This document shows, piece after piece, positions 8,770 to 18,261 of a DNA stretch of 41,805 nucleotides (position 1 is the stretch's first letter; each line of letters starts with the position of its first letter). The DNA is from a virus. The notes beneath the pieces were generated by a model. That model was not told where the DNA came from and made no database searches. It saw only the letters and a list, made by a program, of their open reading frames with translations. The stretch covers positions 1-41,805 of the IMG/VR virus record IMGVR_UViG_3300045950_000203, one strand, 5' to 3'. A program made the position numbers and the translations under genes.

Positions 8770-10443
8770 GTGCCAGTTGATTTTATTCATGGGTTAGAAT
8801 TCGTCGAGATTAAAACTAAAAAGCGGCCAATTCGTGTTGTTACTACGGCCGTATGGGGTCTGGTCGGTATAGCTCCTGAATTTGATGCTATTGCTCCGAA
8901 TACAAATAAACTAGATTTAATTGATTCCGATGTTGAAGCTGAAGAAAAATACGGTGATCCTAACATCCTTTATGCTCTTTCTGGCACAGTTTCAACTACT
9001 AAAGATTCTAACTCAGTTACAGGTACTTCTACTAAATTTCTTTCTGAATTAGGAGAAGGAGAAGCATTCAAAGTCGGTTCTGAAGTTCATATCGTTAAAT
9101 CGATTACTTCAGATACAGCTTTGTTAACTGAAAAAATCTTTACTACTACTAATTCTAATGTTCCTGCTTTTAAAGAAGGCTGGACAATCACTTCGGCCCT
9201 CCGTCGTCTTTTTGCTACTAGCTTGGGGCAAGCATTAGTTGTTAATGTTTTCGATCCCAACAACACGAATCATTTTGTTGCAGAAGCAGAAAAAAGTTAT
9301 ACAGTTCCTTCAACTCTCAAAGTTCAATTAGATTATCCTGTAGTTCTTAAAACAAGTCCTGCAACGTTAGTCGTAAAAGTAGGAACTGTTGTTCAAGTGG
9401 AGGGAACAGATTATACTGTTGATTATCGTAAAGGCATTTTAACGATGATTACAGTTGCATCAGGAGCAACAATTCTCGTATCCTATCGACGCGCCAAGCC
9501 TTCGGGAGTAACTTCCAGCGAGATTATTGGAACTGTTTCGGGTGGAGTTAGAACGGGGCTAAAAAAGCTTTTAGATTCCTATTCTCAATTCGGACTTAAT
9601 CCTAAACTCATTTTATGTCCTGGCGCGCATGGAGAAGGAAGCACGACAGCCGGAGTAGCCCGAGAGATGGAATCTATTGCGGGTAAAACTCGTGCTCTTT
9701 GTTTTGAAGATCATCCTAAAGGAACTAAAAATCCTGATACTGTTATTTCCAACAGAAATGCTTCTAATCATACTTTTAACACAAGTAATGGCCGAGGATT
9801 GCTTTGTTATCCTCATATTAAAACATTTTCAACTGGTTTAAATTCTGCTACATTAGAACCTCATTCTCAAAACCTCGCTGCTGTTGCTGTAAAAACCGAT
9901 TTTGAGCAAGGATACTGGAAGAGCTTTTCAAATAAGCAGCTTGATGCTGCAATTGGAATGGAATTTCCTCTTACTGCCTCATTATCTGATCCAACCACCG
10001 ATGTCCAGAAATTAAATAAAAATGGAATTTGGACAGTGCTATCAATTCCAAATAGTGGTTATCGTTCATTTGGAAATCGAACGGCTGCTTATCCGACTGA
10101 TACTGATCCGATAACCTATGCAAAGATGCGGCGTATTGCCGACGTTTTGCATGAGTCAATCGAACTTAGCTTTCTTCCATTTTTAGATGAGGATATTGAT
10201 GATGCGTTAATTTCTGGAGTAGTTGAGTCAGTCAATCAATTTATGTCGACTCTAATAGGCCGAGGTGCCTTACTTGTTGGTAGTAAGTGTGTTTTCAATC
10301 CAAAGAAAAATCCTACTACAGAAATCGCAAAGGGCCATTTGACTTTTGACTTAATTTTCATGGGTAAAACGCCGGCAGAAACTTATACCTTTGAAAGCTT
10401 CATCGATATTGATTTACTCAAGGCCACTTTACCAGCTACATAA
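8770..10443 (+). CDS. Contractile tail sheath protein.
   Basis: 557 aa, GTG start after GAAGGGA. The C-terminal region (NGIWTVLSIPNSGYRSFGNRTAAYP) is typical of sheath proteins, and the tube gene follows. Confidence 0.8.
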   Translation: MPVDFIHGLEFVEIKTKKRPIRVVTTAVWGLVGIAPEFDAIAPNTNKLDLIDSDVEAEEKYGDPNILYALSGTVSTTKDSNSVTGTSTKFLSELGEGEAFKVGSEVHIVKSITSDTALLTEKIFTTTNSNVPAFKEGWTITSALRRLFATSLGQALVVNVFDPNNTNHFVAEAEKSYTVPSTLKVQLDYPVVLKTSPATLVVKVGTVVQVEGTDYTVDYRKGILTMITVASGATILVSYRRAKPSGVTSSEIIGTVSGGVRTGLKKLLDSYSQFGLNPKLILCPGAHGEGSTTAGVAREMESIAGKTRALCFEDHPKGTKNPDTVISNRNASNHTFNTSNGRGLLCYPHIKTFSTGLNSATLEPHSQNLAAVAVKTDFEQGYWKSFSNKQLDAAIGMEFPLTASLSDPTTDVQKLNKNGIWTVLSIPNSGYRSFGNRTAAYPTDTDPITYAKMRRIADVLHESIELSFLPFLDEDIDDALISGVVESVNQFMSTLIGRGALLVGSKCVFNPKKNPTTEIAKGHLTFDLIFMGKTPAETYTFESFIDIDLLKATLPAT

Positions 10444-10453
10444 GGATTAAACG

Positions 10454-10990
10454 ATGGCCGCTTCTTCTTCTAAACTTTTAGTTAATCAGATTACTAACGC
10501 ATCGATTAAAATCAATGGTCAAATTCTTCATGGTCGGGCAGAAGAAATTGATTTTCCTAAAATCACCTACAAGATGGTTGAACATCGTGGATTAGGTATG
10601 GTTGGAACTCCACGAGTTTTCGCTGGCATTGAGGCAATGGAAACCCGCATTAAGTGGGCCGCGTTTTATGAGGAGGTTTACAAACATTTAGTTAATCCGA
10701 CCAAAGTAGTTAAAGTTGAGGCTTTTGCATCTCTGGAATCTTGGACAGGATTAGATGGCCGTGTTTCAGAGTTACCACTTTCGGCTGTGCTTCTTGGAAC
10801 CTTTATGACTGTTCCAGGAGGAAATTATCGATGGCAAGATAAAGCTGAATTTGAAAATGAGATGAATCTTAACTCATTTAAGATCGTGGTTGACAAAACT
10901 GAATATCTTTATATCGATGTATTCAACAATATTCTTATAGCAAACGGAATCGATGTTTTGGCGAAGTTTACACAAAATATCGGAGGTTAG
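10454..10990 (+). CDS. Tail tube protein (P2 FII/Mu gpM-like).
   Basis: 178 aa directly after the sheath gene. INGQILHGRAEEIDFPKITYKM resembles the tube family. Confidence 0.7.
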   Translation: MAASSSKLLVNQITNASIKINGQILHGRAEEIDFPKITYKMVEHRGLGMVGTPRVFAGIEAMETRIKWAAFYEEVYKHLVNPTKVVKVEAFASLESWTGLDGRVSELPLSAVLLGTFMTVPGGNYRWQDKAEFENEMNLNSFKIVVDKTEYLYIDVFNNILIANGIDVLAKFTQNIGG

Positions 10991-11143
10991 ATGAGAAAGA
11001 TTTTTCGAGGATTACTTTTTATCTTTCTACTTTTTTCGATGGAATGCGGAGATGATGAAGAGATGCAGCTAGAATCAAGCTCTAGTAGCGAAGAAAGTAC
11101 AGAGGATTCAACAGAATTATCCGCAGAATCGGAGCAAGATTGA
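10991..11143 (+). CDS. Small secreted or lipoprotein-like acidic peptide (50 aa). It is below the ORF-track size cut-off.
   Basis: GGAGG lies 5 nt before ATG 10991. The product is MRKIFRGLLFIFLLFSMECGDDEEMQLESSSSSEESTEDSTELSAESEQD*, with a positive n-region, hydrophobic core, Cys19 and then an acidic tail. Confidence 0.5.
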   Translation: MRKIFRGLLFIFLLFSMECGDDEEMQLESSSSSEESTEDSTELSAESEQD

Positions 11144-11568
11144 AAAAGAAGAGTATCATTGAAGAAAAACTTTCTGAATTTAAACCTATTCCAGGTGTTG
11201 AAGTTGATATTAACCGATTGGTTCCTCCTAGTTCTACAAGTATTGCTAGTTCTCAAGAGAAAAAATCTTCAAATGGCAAGCCTCCTTCTGAAGAAATTTA
11301 TCAGATTTTAGAATTGCCCATTTGTAAAAAGCAAGCAATAATTCGACGTGGAACAGGATATGATTGGCAAAAGTGCATCCAAAACATTCCTGAAAACCAG
11401 GACGCTTTCTCAACTTGCCTTGCTCTTTTAGTTCCTCTTGTAAAAATTGATGGACAAGACGTAACACTTCCCGAAATTTTGAGAATGGATATGCAAGATG
11501 TTTTAAAATTGCAGGAAGTAGCAAACCGTTTTTTTTGGGGCTTTGTTATGAGTCTTTCCTCTTTTTAA
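11140..11568 (+). CDS. Tail assembly chaperone (P2 gpE/Mu gp41-like), zero-frame product.
   Basis: 142 aa lying between the tube and tape measure genes. It ends just after a T8 slippery run. Confidence 0.65.
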   Translation: MKKKSIIEEKLSEFKPIPGVEVDINRLVPPSSTSIASSQEKKSSNGKPPSEEIYQILELPICKKQAIIRRGTGYDWQKCIQNIPENQDAFSTCLALLVPLVKIDGQDVTLPEILRMDMQDVLKLQEVANRFFWGFVMSLSSF

Positions 11569-11678
11569 GTCATTTTACAGGTTGGAAAAAAACAGAAATT
11601 CTCGAAACTGAACTCACTCTCCTAAAACGATATATTTATGAGGCAAGATTACTTTGGAATCGAATCCATAAAATCTAG
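11140..11678 (+). CDS. Tail chaperone -1 frameshift product (gpE+E' analogue).
   Basis: A -1 slip on T_TTT_TTT (11529..11535) opens a 47-codon extension, LGLCYESFLFLSHFTGWKKTEILETELTLLKRYIYEARLLWNRIHKI*. It ends at TAG 11676..11678, 9 nt before the tape measure ATG. Confidence 0.65.
11529..11535 (+). promoter_or_regulatory. Slippery heptamer T_TTT_TTT for programmed -1 frameshifting.
   Basis: The zero frame reads CGT TTT TTT TGG. This is a perfect X_XXY_YYZ heptamer at the conserved position between chaperone and tape measure. Confidence 0.65.
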
Positions 11679-11687
11679 GAGAGTTCT

Positions 11688-13838
11688 ATGCCAATTCCCA
11701 CAAATTTCACCCTCAAATTAACTCTAATCGCTAGGGACTTATGGTCTAAAATTCTAGGAGCTTCTTCACGCAGCGCAACAGAAAATCTTAATCGAGTAAC
11801 TAGATCATCGAGAAGATTCGCAGATGAAGCAGGAAGAAATTTAGATCTAGGTGGCCGACGTATCATTACTACTTATCAAGATATTGCATTCATCACTGAT
11901 AAAATCAAATCAGTTCTTGCGGCTCCTCTAATAGCGTTTTCAGAAGTTGAAGATGCCTTAACTCGTCTTAAAGTGGCCTTTCTTGAAGTAGGAGGAGTTT
12001 TACCCTCCGAATTTGAGCGAATCATAGAAATCAATAAAACTTTAGGTAATATGCTTCCAGGTTCGATTAAGGATATGGCTGATCTTACTCGAACAATGGC
12101 AGAACAAGGAGCTACTATCCAAGAGTTAGTGGGTCAACAGGATCAACTAAATACTTCTTTAATTACTGCTGCTGCCTTTTTTAAGACTATTAGTGAAGAT
12201 CTTACTTTTGAAGATGCAGGTCGATTTATTGTCAATTTTAGCCGGAATCTAGGTATTGCTTCCTCTGACATGATCAAGTTTGTAGATATAATGCAGCGGG
12301 CTCATAGTCGATTAGGAGTCCAATTAGGAGGTCGAACAGGATTAGCATTTTTACTCAAACATGCAGGTCCAGTTTTTAGACTTGTTGGTATAGAGGGATT
12401 AACAGGAGCTAAGCGAGTTTTACAACTAGCTGGCGCACTTTCTCAAATGGGATTAAAAGGACAGCAAGTAGGTACAGCTTTGGGCAACCTAATTATTGCT
12501 GCTCCTTCTTTACGAGAAAAGCTCGATAAACTGCTTGCATCAACAGATCTTATTTCAGCAAAAACAGCAAACATCGTTCGAGGCTTTCAATTCTTCAAAG
12601 ATGGAGTATTTCAAATTGAGCAAGTTGTTATTGCTATGGATGCATTAGCACGCGCTCAAGTACCAGTAGAAGAACGACTTATTCTACTTAAACAGCTCTT
12701 TGGAAAACAAGCGGCCGTAGCTCTAGCTGCTATAGGAGCAATAGGAGTCAAGAGTTTCAACGAAGCTGGCCGGCGAATGGAATCTAGTGCCGACATTTTC
12801 ACCAAAGTCAACGTTATTATGGATGCAATGGCACAAAAGACCGAAACTTTGGGTGGAAATATTAAAAATCTTGGATTCGATCTTGTAAAACCTACTTCTG
12901 GATTTTTTAAAGGTCTACAAGATATTCTTATTGAAACAACCGCAGCTTTAGATGAATGGGTTAAGACTCATCCTACTTTAGTTGGCGCTATCATGGGTCC
13001 TGTTCAAGCTTTTGCTGGAATTTCAGTTATCAGTGGATCACTTTCGTTAATCTTAGCTGGAGCAACTAAGTTTCTTCAGATTTCAGCCGACTTGCCTCGA
13101 AATTGGCGGCGCTTTTCAGTTCTCCTATCAACTTCTCAAGGAGCCTTTGGCAAACTAATTCGTCTTTCCAAAATGCTAACTTTTACTATTGCCGGAATGC
13201 AAGTTGCTTTATTTCCGACAGTTGCAATGAGTTTAGTTCTTTATGGTATCTGGAAAAAAGTTTTAGATCTTTGGAAAGAAGCGAAATTTGAACCTGGGGA
13301 TTGGGCCAAAATCGTTCAGCATTCTACTGCCTTAGAGCGATTAAAAGCTCTTTATATTCCCTTTTATTTTAAAACGTTAGATAAAGAAGAAAAGAAACGC
13401 TTTCAAGAACAGAATCAACAATTTAAACGAGGACTTGGGGGAAGACGTTTTCAAGATTTATTGCCTAAAGAAACAGGAAGATCCTCTAAAGTTTTACCGA
13501 TTTTACCGACTGAAACTGAAGCCTTTAATAAATTTAGACTTATCTTTGAACGCTTCAAACTATTAGTTTCTCCTCCTGCTCCTAGTCGGCCTACTTTACA
13601 TCGGATGCCGATTGAATCCGGTCGTGAAATTCGAGAAATAGAAAGAGTTACACCTGAACCCTCTTCGATTTCTATCAATTTTGCTCCTACTATCAACATT
13701 CAATCTGATAGAATGGCTAAAGAACAAACAACCGAGGAAACTTTACTTAGTGCTTTACGAAGATATGAACGGCATCTCCTTGCTTTAATCGACGAGGCAA
13801 GGAGGAAACAAGAACGGCTTTCCTACGGAATAGGATAA
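11688..13838 (+). CDS. Tail tape measure protein.
   Basis: 716 aa, helical and Gly/Ala-rich with hydrophobic segments, an AGGAG SD, and located after the chaperone pair. Confidence 0.85.
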   Translation: MPIPTNFTLKLTLIARDLWSKILGASSRSATENLNRVTRSSRRFADEAGRNLDLGGRRIITTYQDIAFITDKIKSVLAAPLIAFSEVEDALTRLKVAFLEVGGVLPSEFERIIEINKTLGNMLPGSIKDMADLTRTMAEQGATIQELVGQQDQLNTSLITAAAFFKTISEDLTFEDAGRFIVNFSRNLGIASSDMIKFVDIMQRAHSRLGVQLGGRTGLAFLLKHAGPVFRLVGIEGLTGAKRVLQLAGALSQMGLKGQQVGTALGNLIIAAPSLREKLDKLLASTDLISAKTANIVRGFQFFKDGVFQIEQVVIAMDALARAQVPVEERLILLKQLFGKQAAVALAAIGAIGVKSFNEAGRRMESSADIFTKVNVIMDAMAQKTETLGGNIKNLGFDLVKPTSGFFKGLQDILIETTAALDEWVKTHPTLVGAIMGPVQAFAGISVISGSLSLILAGATKFLQISADLPRNWRRFSVLLSTSQGAFGKLIRLSKMLTFTIAGMQVALFPTVAMSLVLYGIWKKVLDLWKEAKFEPGDWAKIVQHSTALERLKALYIPFYFKTLDKEEKKRFQEQNQQFKRGLGGRRFQDLLPKETGRSSKVLPILPTETEAFNKFRLIFERFKLLVSPPAPSRPTLHRMPIESGREIREIERVTPEPSSISINFAPTINIQSDRMAKEQTTEETLLSALRRYERHLLALIDEARRKQERLSYGIG

Positions 13839-13839
13839 A

Positions 13840-14445
13840 ATGCCAGAGGAAAATTTTGTTAGTGTAGTTTGGGGAGTACTTCAGAGTCAGAATGATTCAT
13901 CGAAGTCTATAATATTTCAAGTGTTTAATCCAGTTAGAGGATTAAATCGGCGATATGGTTATCTTTGGCCTGAGCATCCAATTCTCAAAGAAAAGCCTTC
14001 CTTAGATTTTGCCGGTGAAGAATTAAAAAGGGTGTTCCTAGAAATTCGCTGGAATTGGGCTTTATTAGAACAACAAAGTCCTGCTACAACTCCTTTATTG
14101 GAGCTGAATAAATTGTTAGCATTAGCGGCGACTCATGATCCACTTTTATTTACCAAAGGTCCAGAATCTATGGGGACCTTTGTAATTGAAAATATTGAAA
14201 TAGATAATCAGGAAGATGGTCAAGATGGAAATCCAATTGATTTAGAGGTTCGAGTTGCTATGAAGGAATGGGTCGAAGATCCGATAATTGCAACTCAAGT
14301 TGTTCCTCAGAAGGAAAAGAAAAAGAAGAAAACTACAGCTAAAAAGCAAGAATCAGATTTTACGATTCAAGAAAATGAAAACTCGATAATCATTGAAGAC
14401 AAAAATTCGATTCCTCCAGGGGACATTCTTAGACGGCCAGAATGA
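13840..14445 (+). CDS. Tail protein (P2 gpU-like).
   Basis: 201 aa directly after the tape measure gene. GTFVIENIEID...GNPIDLEVRVAMKEW resembles the gpU family. Confidence 0.55.
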   Translation: MPEENFVSVVWGVLQSQNDSSKSIIFQVFNPVRGLNRRYGYLWPEHPILKEKPSLDFAGEELKRVFLEIRWNWALLEQQSPATTPLLELNKLLALAATHDPLLFTKGPESMGTFVIENIEIDNQEDGQDGNPIDLEVRVAMKEWVEDPIIATQVVPQKEKKKKKTTAKKQESDFTIQENENSIIIEDKNSIPPGDILRRPE

Positions 14446-14684
14446 CAGAATATATCGAATATATAACCAAAGATGGAGATAGGTGGTGTAATATCGCTTA
14501 TATTCACTATGGTGATGATCCAGATGGAGTACATCGAATTATTAAAGCTAATCCCACAGTTCCGATAATCCCTTTGTTATCGGCCGGATTTATATTAAGA
14601 ATTCCGCTTCTTTCAAAAACACAGCAAGCAAAAATTCTTTCAGATAAGAAGACTGCACCGTGGCTACGAAAAAGCCCTCAATAA
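14442..14684 (+). CDS. Tail protein X (P2 gpX-like, LysM-like).
   Basis: 80 aa. YITKDGDRWCNIAYIHYGD...IIKANP matches the gpX pattern. Confidence 0.65.
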   Translation: MTEYIEYITKDGDRWCNIAYIHYGDDPDGVHRIIKANPTVPIIPLLSAGFILRIPLLSKTQQAKILSDKKTAPWLRKSPQ

Positions 14685-15739
14685 TTATTGAATATCAAGG
14701 AGTAGATATTACTGCCGATCTTATGCAAAATCGCATGATTGAACGGTTACAAGTCACCGATTATCTTTTCGATCAAGCTGATAATTTCGAGCTTGTTTTG
14801 AATAATAAACATAATCTCTGGAATAAAGAATGGTTTCCTAAAAAAGGCTCGAAGGTTAAGATTATTCTAGGATGGGAAGGAGAAGAACATATTGATTTTG
14901 GAACCTTTGAAATAGATGAAGTTGAAATAGACAAAAATGTTTCAGGACAACGAACTTGCGAAATGAGAGGAATAGGAGTTGCAATTACTAAAAGACTAAG
15001 AACTAAGTTTTCTCAGACATTTGAGAATAAATCTTTACGTGAAATTTTAACTCTTTTCGCCATTCGTCATAATCTTCAGCTTATTGGAGTAGAAAAAATT
15101 AAAGACATCCGAATCAAAGCTTTAACTCAGAATCATGAATCTGATCTAGCTTTTTTATCTCGTCTAGCCCAAGAATACGGATATATCATCAGAATCAAAG
15201 AACCTTATCTTTACATTTCAGAACTTTTCTCCTTAGAAGTCGGACAACCTCTTTTGGTTCTTCCAAGTAATCAGCTCTTGACTTATCACTTCAAACATGT
15301 CTACACTAAACGAGAGGCAGAAGTTAGTTATCTCGATCCTGAAAGTAAAGAAGAAGTTAAACACGAGTTAACTGCTGATCAAGTTAAGGAAGAATTTCAG
15401 AGTTTAGGAGGTTTAGTTTCTGAAGGATTAGATGCGGTCTTTGATGATCCGGCTTTTAATGATGTTCTCAAGGATCTTATTAAATCAAATAAAAGAGCGA
15501 AGACTAAGGAAGAAGCAGAACGAAGAGCATTAGGGATAATCAAACGAGCAACCCGAAAAGAATCAGACGGAAACATCTCTTTTCGTGGAAATATTTTGGC
15601 CTATGCAGGAGCAATCATTGATCTTCAAGATTCAGGTGACTTAGGTGTTTGGAGTGGAAGAAAACAGATTTTATCCGCCACCCACTCAGTTATTCGAGAT
15701 GAATCTTACATTGTAGAATGTGAGGTTAAACGTGTTTAA
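14660..15739 (+). CDS. Late control D/baseplate hub protein (P2 gpD-like).
   Basis: 359 aa with a GTG start. The order X-D-V matches P2. Confidence 0.65.
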   Translation: MATKKPSIIIEYQGVDITADLMQNRMIERLQVTDYLFDQADNFELVLNNKHNLWNKEWFPKKGSKVKIILGWEGEEHIDFGTFEIDEVEIDKNVSGQRTCEMRGIGVAITKRLRTKFSQTFENKSLREILTLFAIRHNLQLIGVEKIKDIRIKALTQNHESDLAFLSRLAQEYGYIIRIKEPYLYISELFSLEVGQPLLVLPSNQLLTYHFKHVYTKREAEVSYLDPESKEEVKHELTADQVKEEFQSLGGLVSEGLDAVFDDPAFNDVLKDLIKSNKRAKTKEEAERRALGIIKRATRKESDGNISFRGNILAYAGAIIDLQDSGDLGVWSGRKQILSATHSVIRDESYIVECEVKRV

Positions 15740-16310
15740 ATGGGGATTAGTTGAGGAAATTGATACAAATCTTATCCGTGCTAAAGTTAAGATTTTAGAT
15801 CGGAAAAACGCTGATCAAAAAGCCTTTGTATCTCATTGGCTCCCTGTTCTTCAGATTGCAACATTTAAAAATCGAGTTGCTTGGATACCTGTTAAAAATC
15901 AATTGGTTTTCTGCGTATTTGATGAGGACTTTGTGGATGGAGCAATCATCGGAGCTGCTTATTCTAAAGCTGATAAACCTCCGACGAATTCTCCAGATAT
16001 ATTCATAATTGAATTTGACGATTCTACAAAAATTCAGTATGATAAAGTTAAGAAAGAATTTTTGATCGATACCAAGCTAGGCTCAATTTCATTACAAGCA
16101 GCGATAGGAAAATCAGGAGCAAACTGGCTTATTGAAGGAAATCTAATGGTAAATGGAAATATCTTCGCCGGCGGACTTTTAACAGGCCGACAAGCAAAAT
16201 TTGATTCGCATACGCATAATGATGCTCATACTCATAATGTAGATACTCAAACTGGAGTAACAATAAGTCAGACTCCTTCAGAAACTTTACTACCTACAAA
16301 GGGGACTTGA
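15720..16310 (+). CDS. Baseplate spike (P2 gpV-like).
   Basis: GLVEEIDTNLIRAKVKI...SHWLPVLQ resembles the gpV OB-fold. A C-terminal HTHNDAHTHN His-rich apex motif is present. The likelier start is GTG 15732, after GAGG. Confidence 0.7.
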   Translation: MRLNVFKWGLVEEIDTNLIRAKVKILDRKNADQKAFVSHWLPVLQIATFKNRVAWIPVKNQLVFCVFDEDFVDGAIIGAAYSKADKPPTNSPDIFIIEFDDSTKIQYDKVKKEFLIDTKLGSISLQAAIGKSGANWLIEGNLMVNGNIFAGGLLTGRQAKFDSHTHNDAHTHNVDTQTGVTISQTPSETLLPTKGT

Positions 16311-16311
16311 A

Positions 16312-16731
16312 ATGCCAGTAATAGCACCGAATGAATGGGCATCCTTATCAATTGCTGGTCTTTGGGATGGATACAATAAGTGGATTCAAGATGCTCAAGC
16401 TAAAATCAACAATTTTCAGAATTTTACTGATAGCATAAAAAAACAGATGGATGATCGATTAGCTACTGCTAATGCGATGGTTGACTTTACTCAATCGATG
16501 TTAGCCTCTTTAGGAGCATCAGGAATTTCTATTCTGCTCTTAGATCCTCAATCCGGCGGATTTTTTACTCGCGCTCAAAATGCACCAGGAGCTAAACCGC
16601 CAAACAATCCGAATAACTATTCAGGAGGTTCAATTATTGCTTTTGAATATCCTGATTTAGCAACAGTAACAGACAAGTATAATCAGATGATCAAAGCTCT
16701 TACCGGAAAAATGACTTTACCAGAATTATGA
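16312..16731 (+). CDS. Hypothetical baseplate-module protein.
   Basis: 139-aa ORF between the V and W analogues, with a GGGGA SD. Confidence 0.5.
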   Translation: MPVIAPNEWASLSIAGLWDGYNKWIQDAQAKINNFQNFTDSIKKQMDDRLATANAMVDFTQSMLASLGASGISILLLDPQSGGFFTRAQNAPGAKPPNNPNNYSGGSIIAFEYPDLATVTDKYNQMIKALTGKMTLPEL

Positions 16732-17111
16732 GTGAACCAGTTGATATAACTACTATTAAGGAAATCTTCTGGAGTCGAAAGGTAGGCTCAATTGGAGAAA
16801 TTGTTACAGGAATCGATGATATTCGACAGAGTCATCAAATTATTCTGAGAACTCTAAAGGGAACAGTACCTTATCGTCCTTGGTTCGGATCGGATTTGCC
16901 GGATTTATTAGATGAGGATTATCCTGACGTTATTCCTCGCTTTACTGCCGAGACAGTAAGAGCAATTCAAATCAACGAAGAACGAACGGTGGTAAAAAGA
17001 TCAGTGATTAAACCTTCAATTACAGATCACACAAAGATCAAAATCGAAATGGAATGGACAGGCAAAGTAGAGGAAGATCAAAACGTGAATGTTTCAGTAG
17101 TGGAAATCTGA
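16728..17111 (+). CDS. Baseplate wedge protein (gpW/T4 gp25-like).
   Basis: IRQSHQIILRTLKGTVPYRPWFGSDLPDLL matches the GPW_gp25 signature. Confidence 0.8.
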   Translation: MSEPVDITTIKEIFWSRKVGSIGEIVTGIDDIRQSHQIILRTLKGTVPYRPWFGSDLPDLLDEDYPDVIPRFTAETVRAIQINEERTVVKRSVIKPSITDHTKIKIEMEWTGKVEEDQNVNVSVVEI

Positions 17112-17112
17112 A

Positions 17113-18261
17113 ATGCCCACTGAACCAAAATACATAGATACTCAGTTTGCTCCAATTAGAAATGCAATGATTTCTACTTGGGAAAGTTCAACGGGCAGAA
17201 AACTCTATGGAGCACAACCTGAAGCTTTAGAAATCGATATGTTCGCTGATCGAGAGCAACTTTTGCGAATCGCCTTTCAAGAAGCTTCCTTATTGAATCT
17301 AGTCGATTTTTCTAAGGCTCCGATGATTGACTTTTTGGGAAAACTTCTAGGGGTTGTTCGTCTTCCTTCTCAACCAGCTAAGGCAACTCTTCGATTTTGG
17401 GCAGTTCAATCTCGAACTGCCGATGTGATTATCATCAAAGGAACTAAAGTTCTTACTAAGGACAGCAAGTTTACTTTCACTACTGATTCTGATCTGCTTC
17501 TTCCGATTGGAACTTATTATGCTGACGTAAAATCTACTTGTACTGAGGAGGGGCCTCAAGCGAATGGTTATCAACCTGCTATTGTTGACTCGATGGGTAA
17601 TATTACTCAAGCTGGAGAAATTAACATTTTAGCTACAGTGATCCCTAATGTAGAGGCAGTTCATAACATGACTGTTTCTAGTGGAGGAAGCAAGGAGGAA
17701 GATACCGAGCATCTAAGAACTCGAATTTTAGAGGCTCCTGAATCTTTTACCACAGCCGGATCTTTTGGAGCCTATCGTTTTCATGCATTATCTGTTTCTT
17801 CTGATATTATTGATGCTACTGTTTTAACTCCTGAACCTCTCGCTATTCATGTTTATATTTTAGCTATATATGGTGAGCCTTCTCCTGAGTTAATAGCCGA
17901 TGTCGCTACTAAATTATCTGCTGACAAAGTTAGACCTATTTCAGATAAAGTAACTGTTAAAGCTGCGGTGCGTCGATCTAGCTCGATTGAGGTTGACTTA
18001 ACTTTATTTAAGGATGCCAGTGAAGAAATCGTAAAATCTGATTTACAACAAAAGCTTACGATTTATCAAACTACGATGAAATCGAAACTCGGAAAGGACT
18101 TAATTGTCAATCAGATTCGAGGGATTATCGGAGATTTACCAGGAATTTACGATTTTAATTTGAAGAATCCAATTTCAAATCCTGATCCTCAGACGCAAAG
18201 TTTTGAATGGTGGGATATAGGACCGATTATCATCAACATAACAGGTCGAGCCAATGAGTAA
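17113..18261 (+). CDS. Baseplate J-like protein.
   Basis: 382 aa following the gpW analogue. Size and order are as in P2 gpJ/Mu gp47. Confidence 0.7.
   Translation: MPTEPKYIDTQFAPIRNAMISTWESSTGRKLYGAQPEALEIDMFADREQLLRIAFQEASLLNLVDFSKAPMIDFLGKLLGVVRLPSQPAKATLRFWAVQSRTADVIIIKGTKVLTKDSKFTFTTDSDLLLPIGTYYADVKSTCTEEGPQANGYQPAIVDSMGNITQAGEINILATVIPNVEAVHNMTVSSGGSKEEDTEHLRTRILEAPESFTTAGSFGAYRFHALSVSSDIIDATVLTPEPLAIHVYILAIYGEPSPELIADVATKLSADKVRPISDKVTVKAAVRRSSSIEVDLTLFKDASEEIVKSDLQQKLTIYQTTMKSKLGKDLIVNQIRGIIGDLPGIYDFNLKNPISNPDPQTQSFEWWDIGPIIINITGRANE

Noticed and set aside
10987-11524. Minus-strand track ORFs 10987..11256 and 11246..11524.
   Set aside because: They are antisense to the small signal-peptide ORF and the tail chaperone gene, inside a tightly coupled plus-strand operon.
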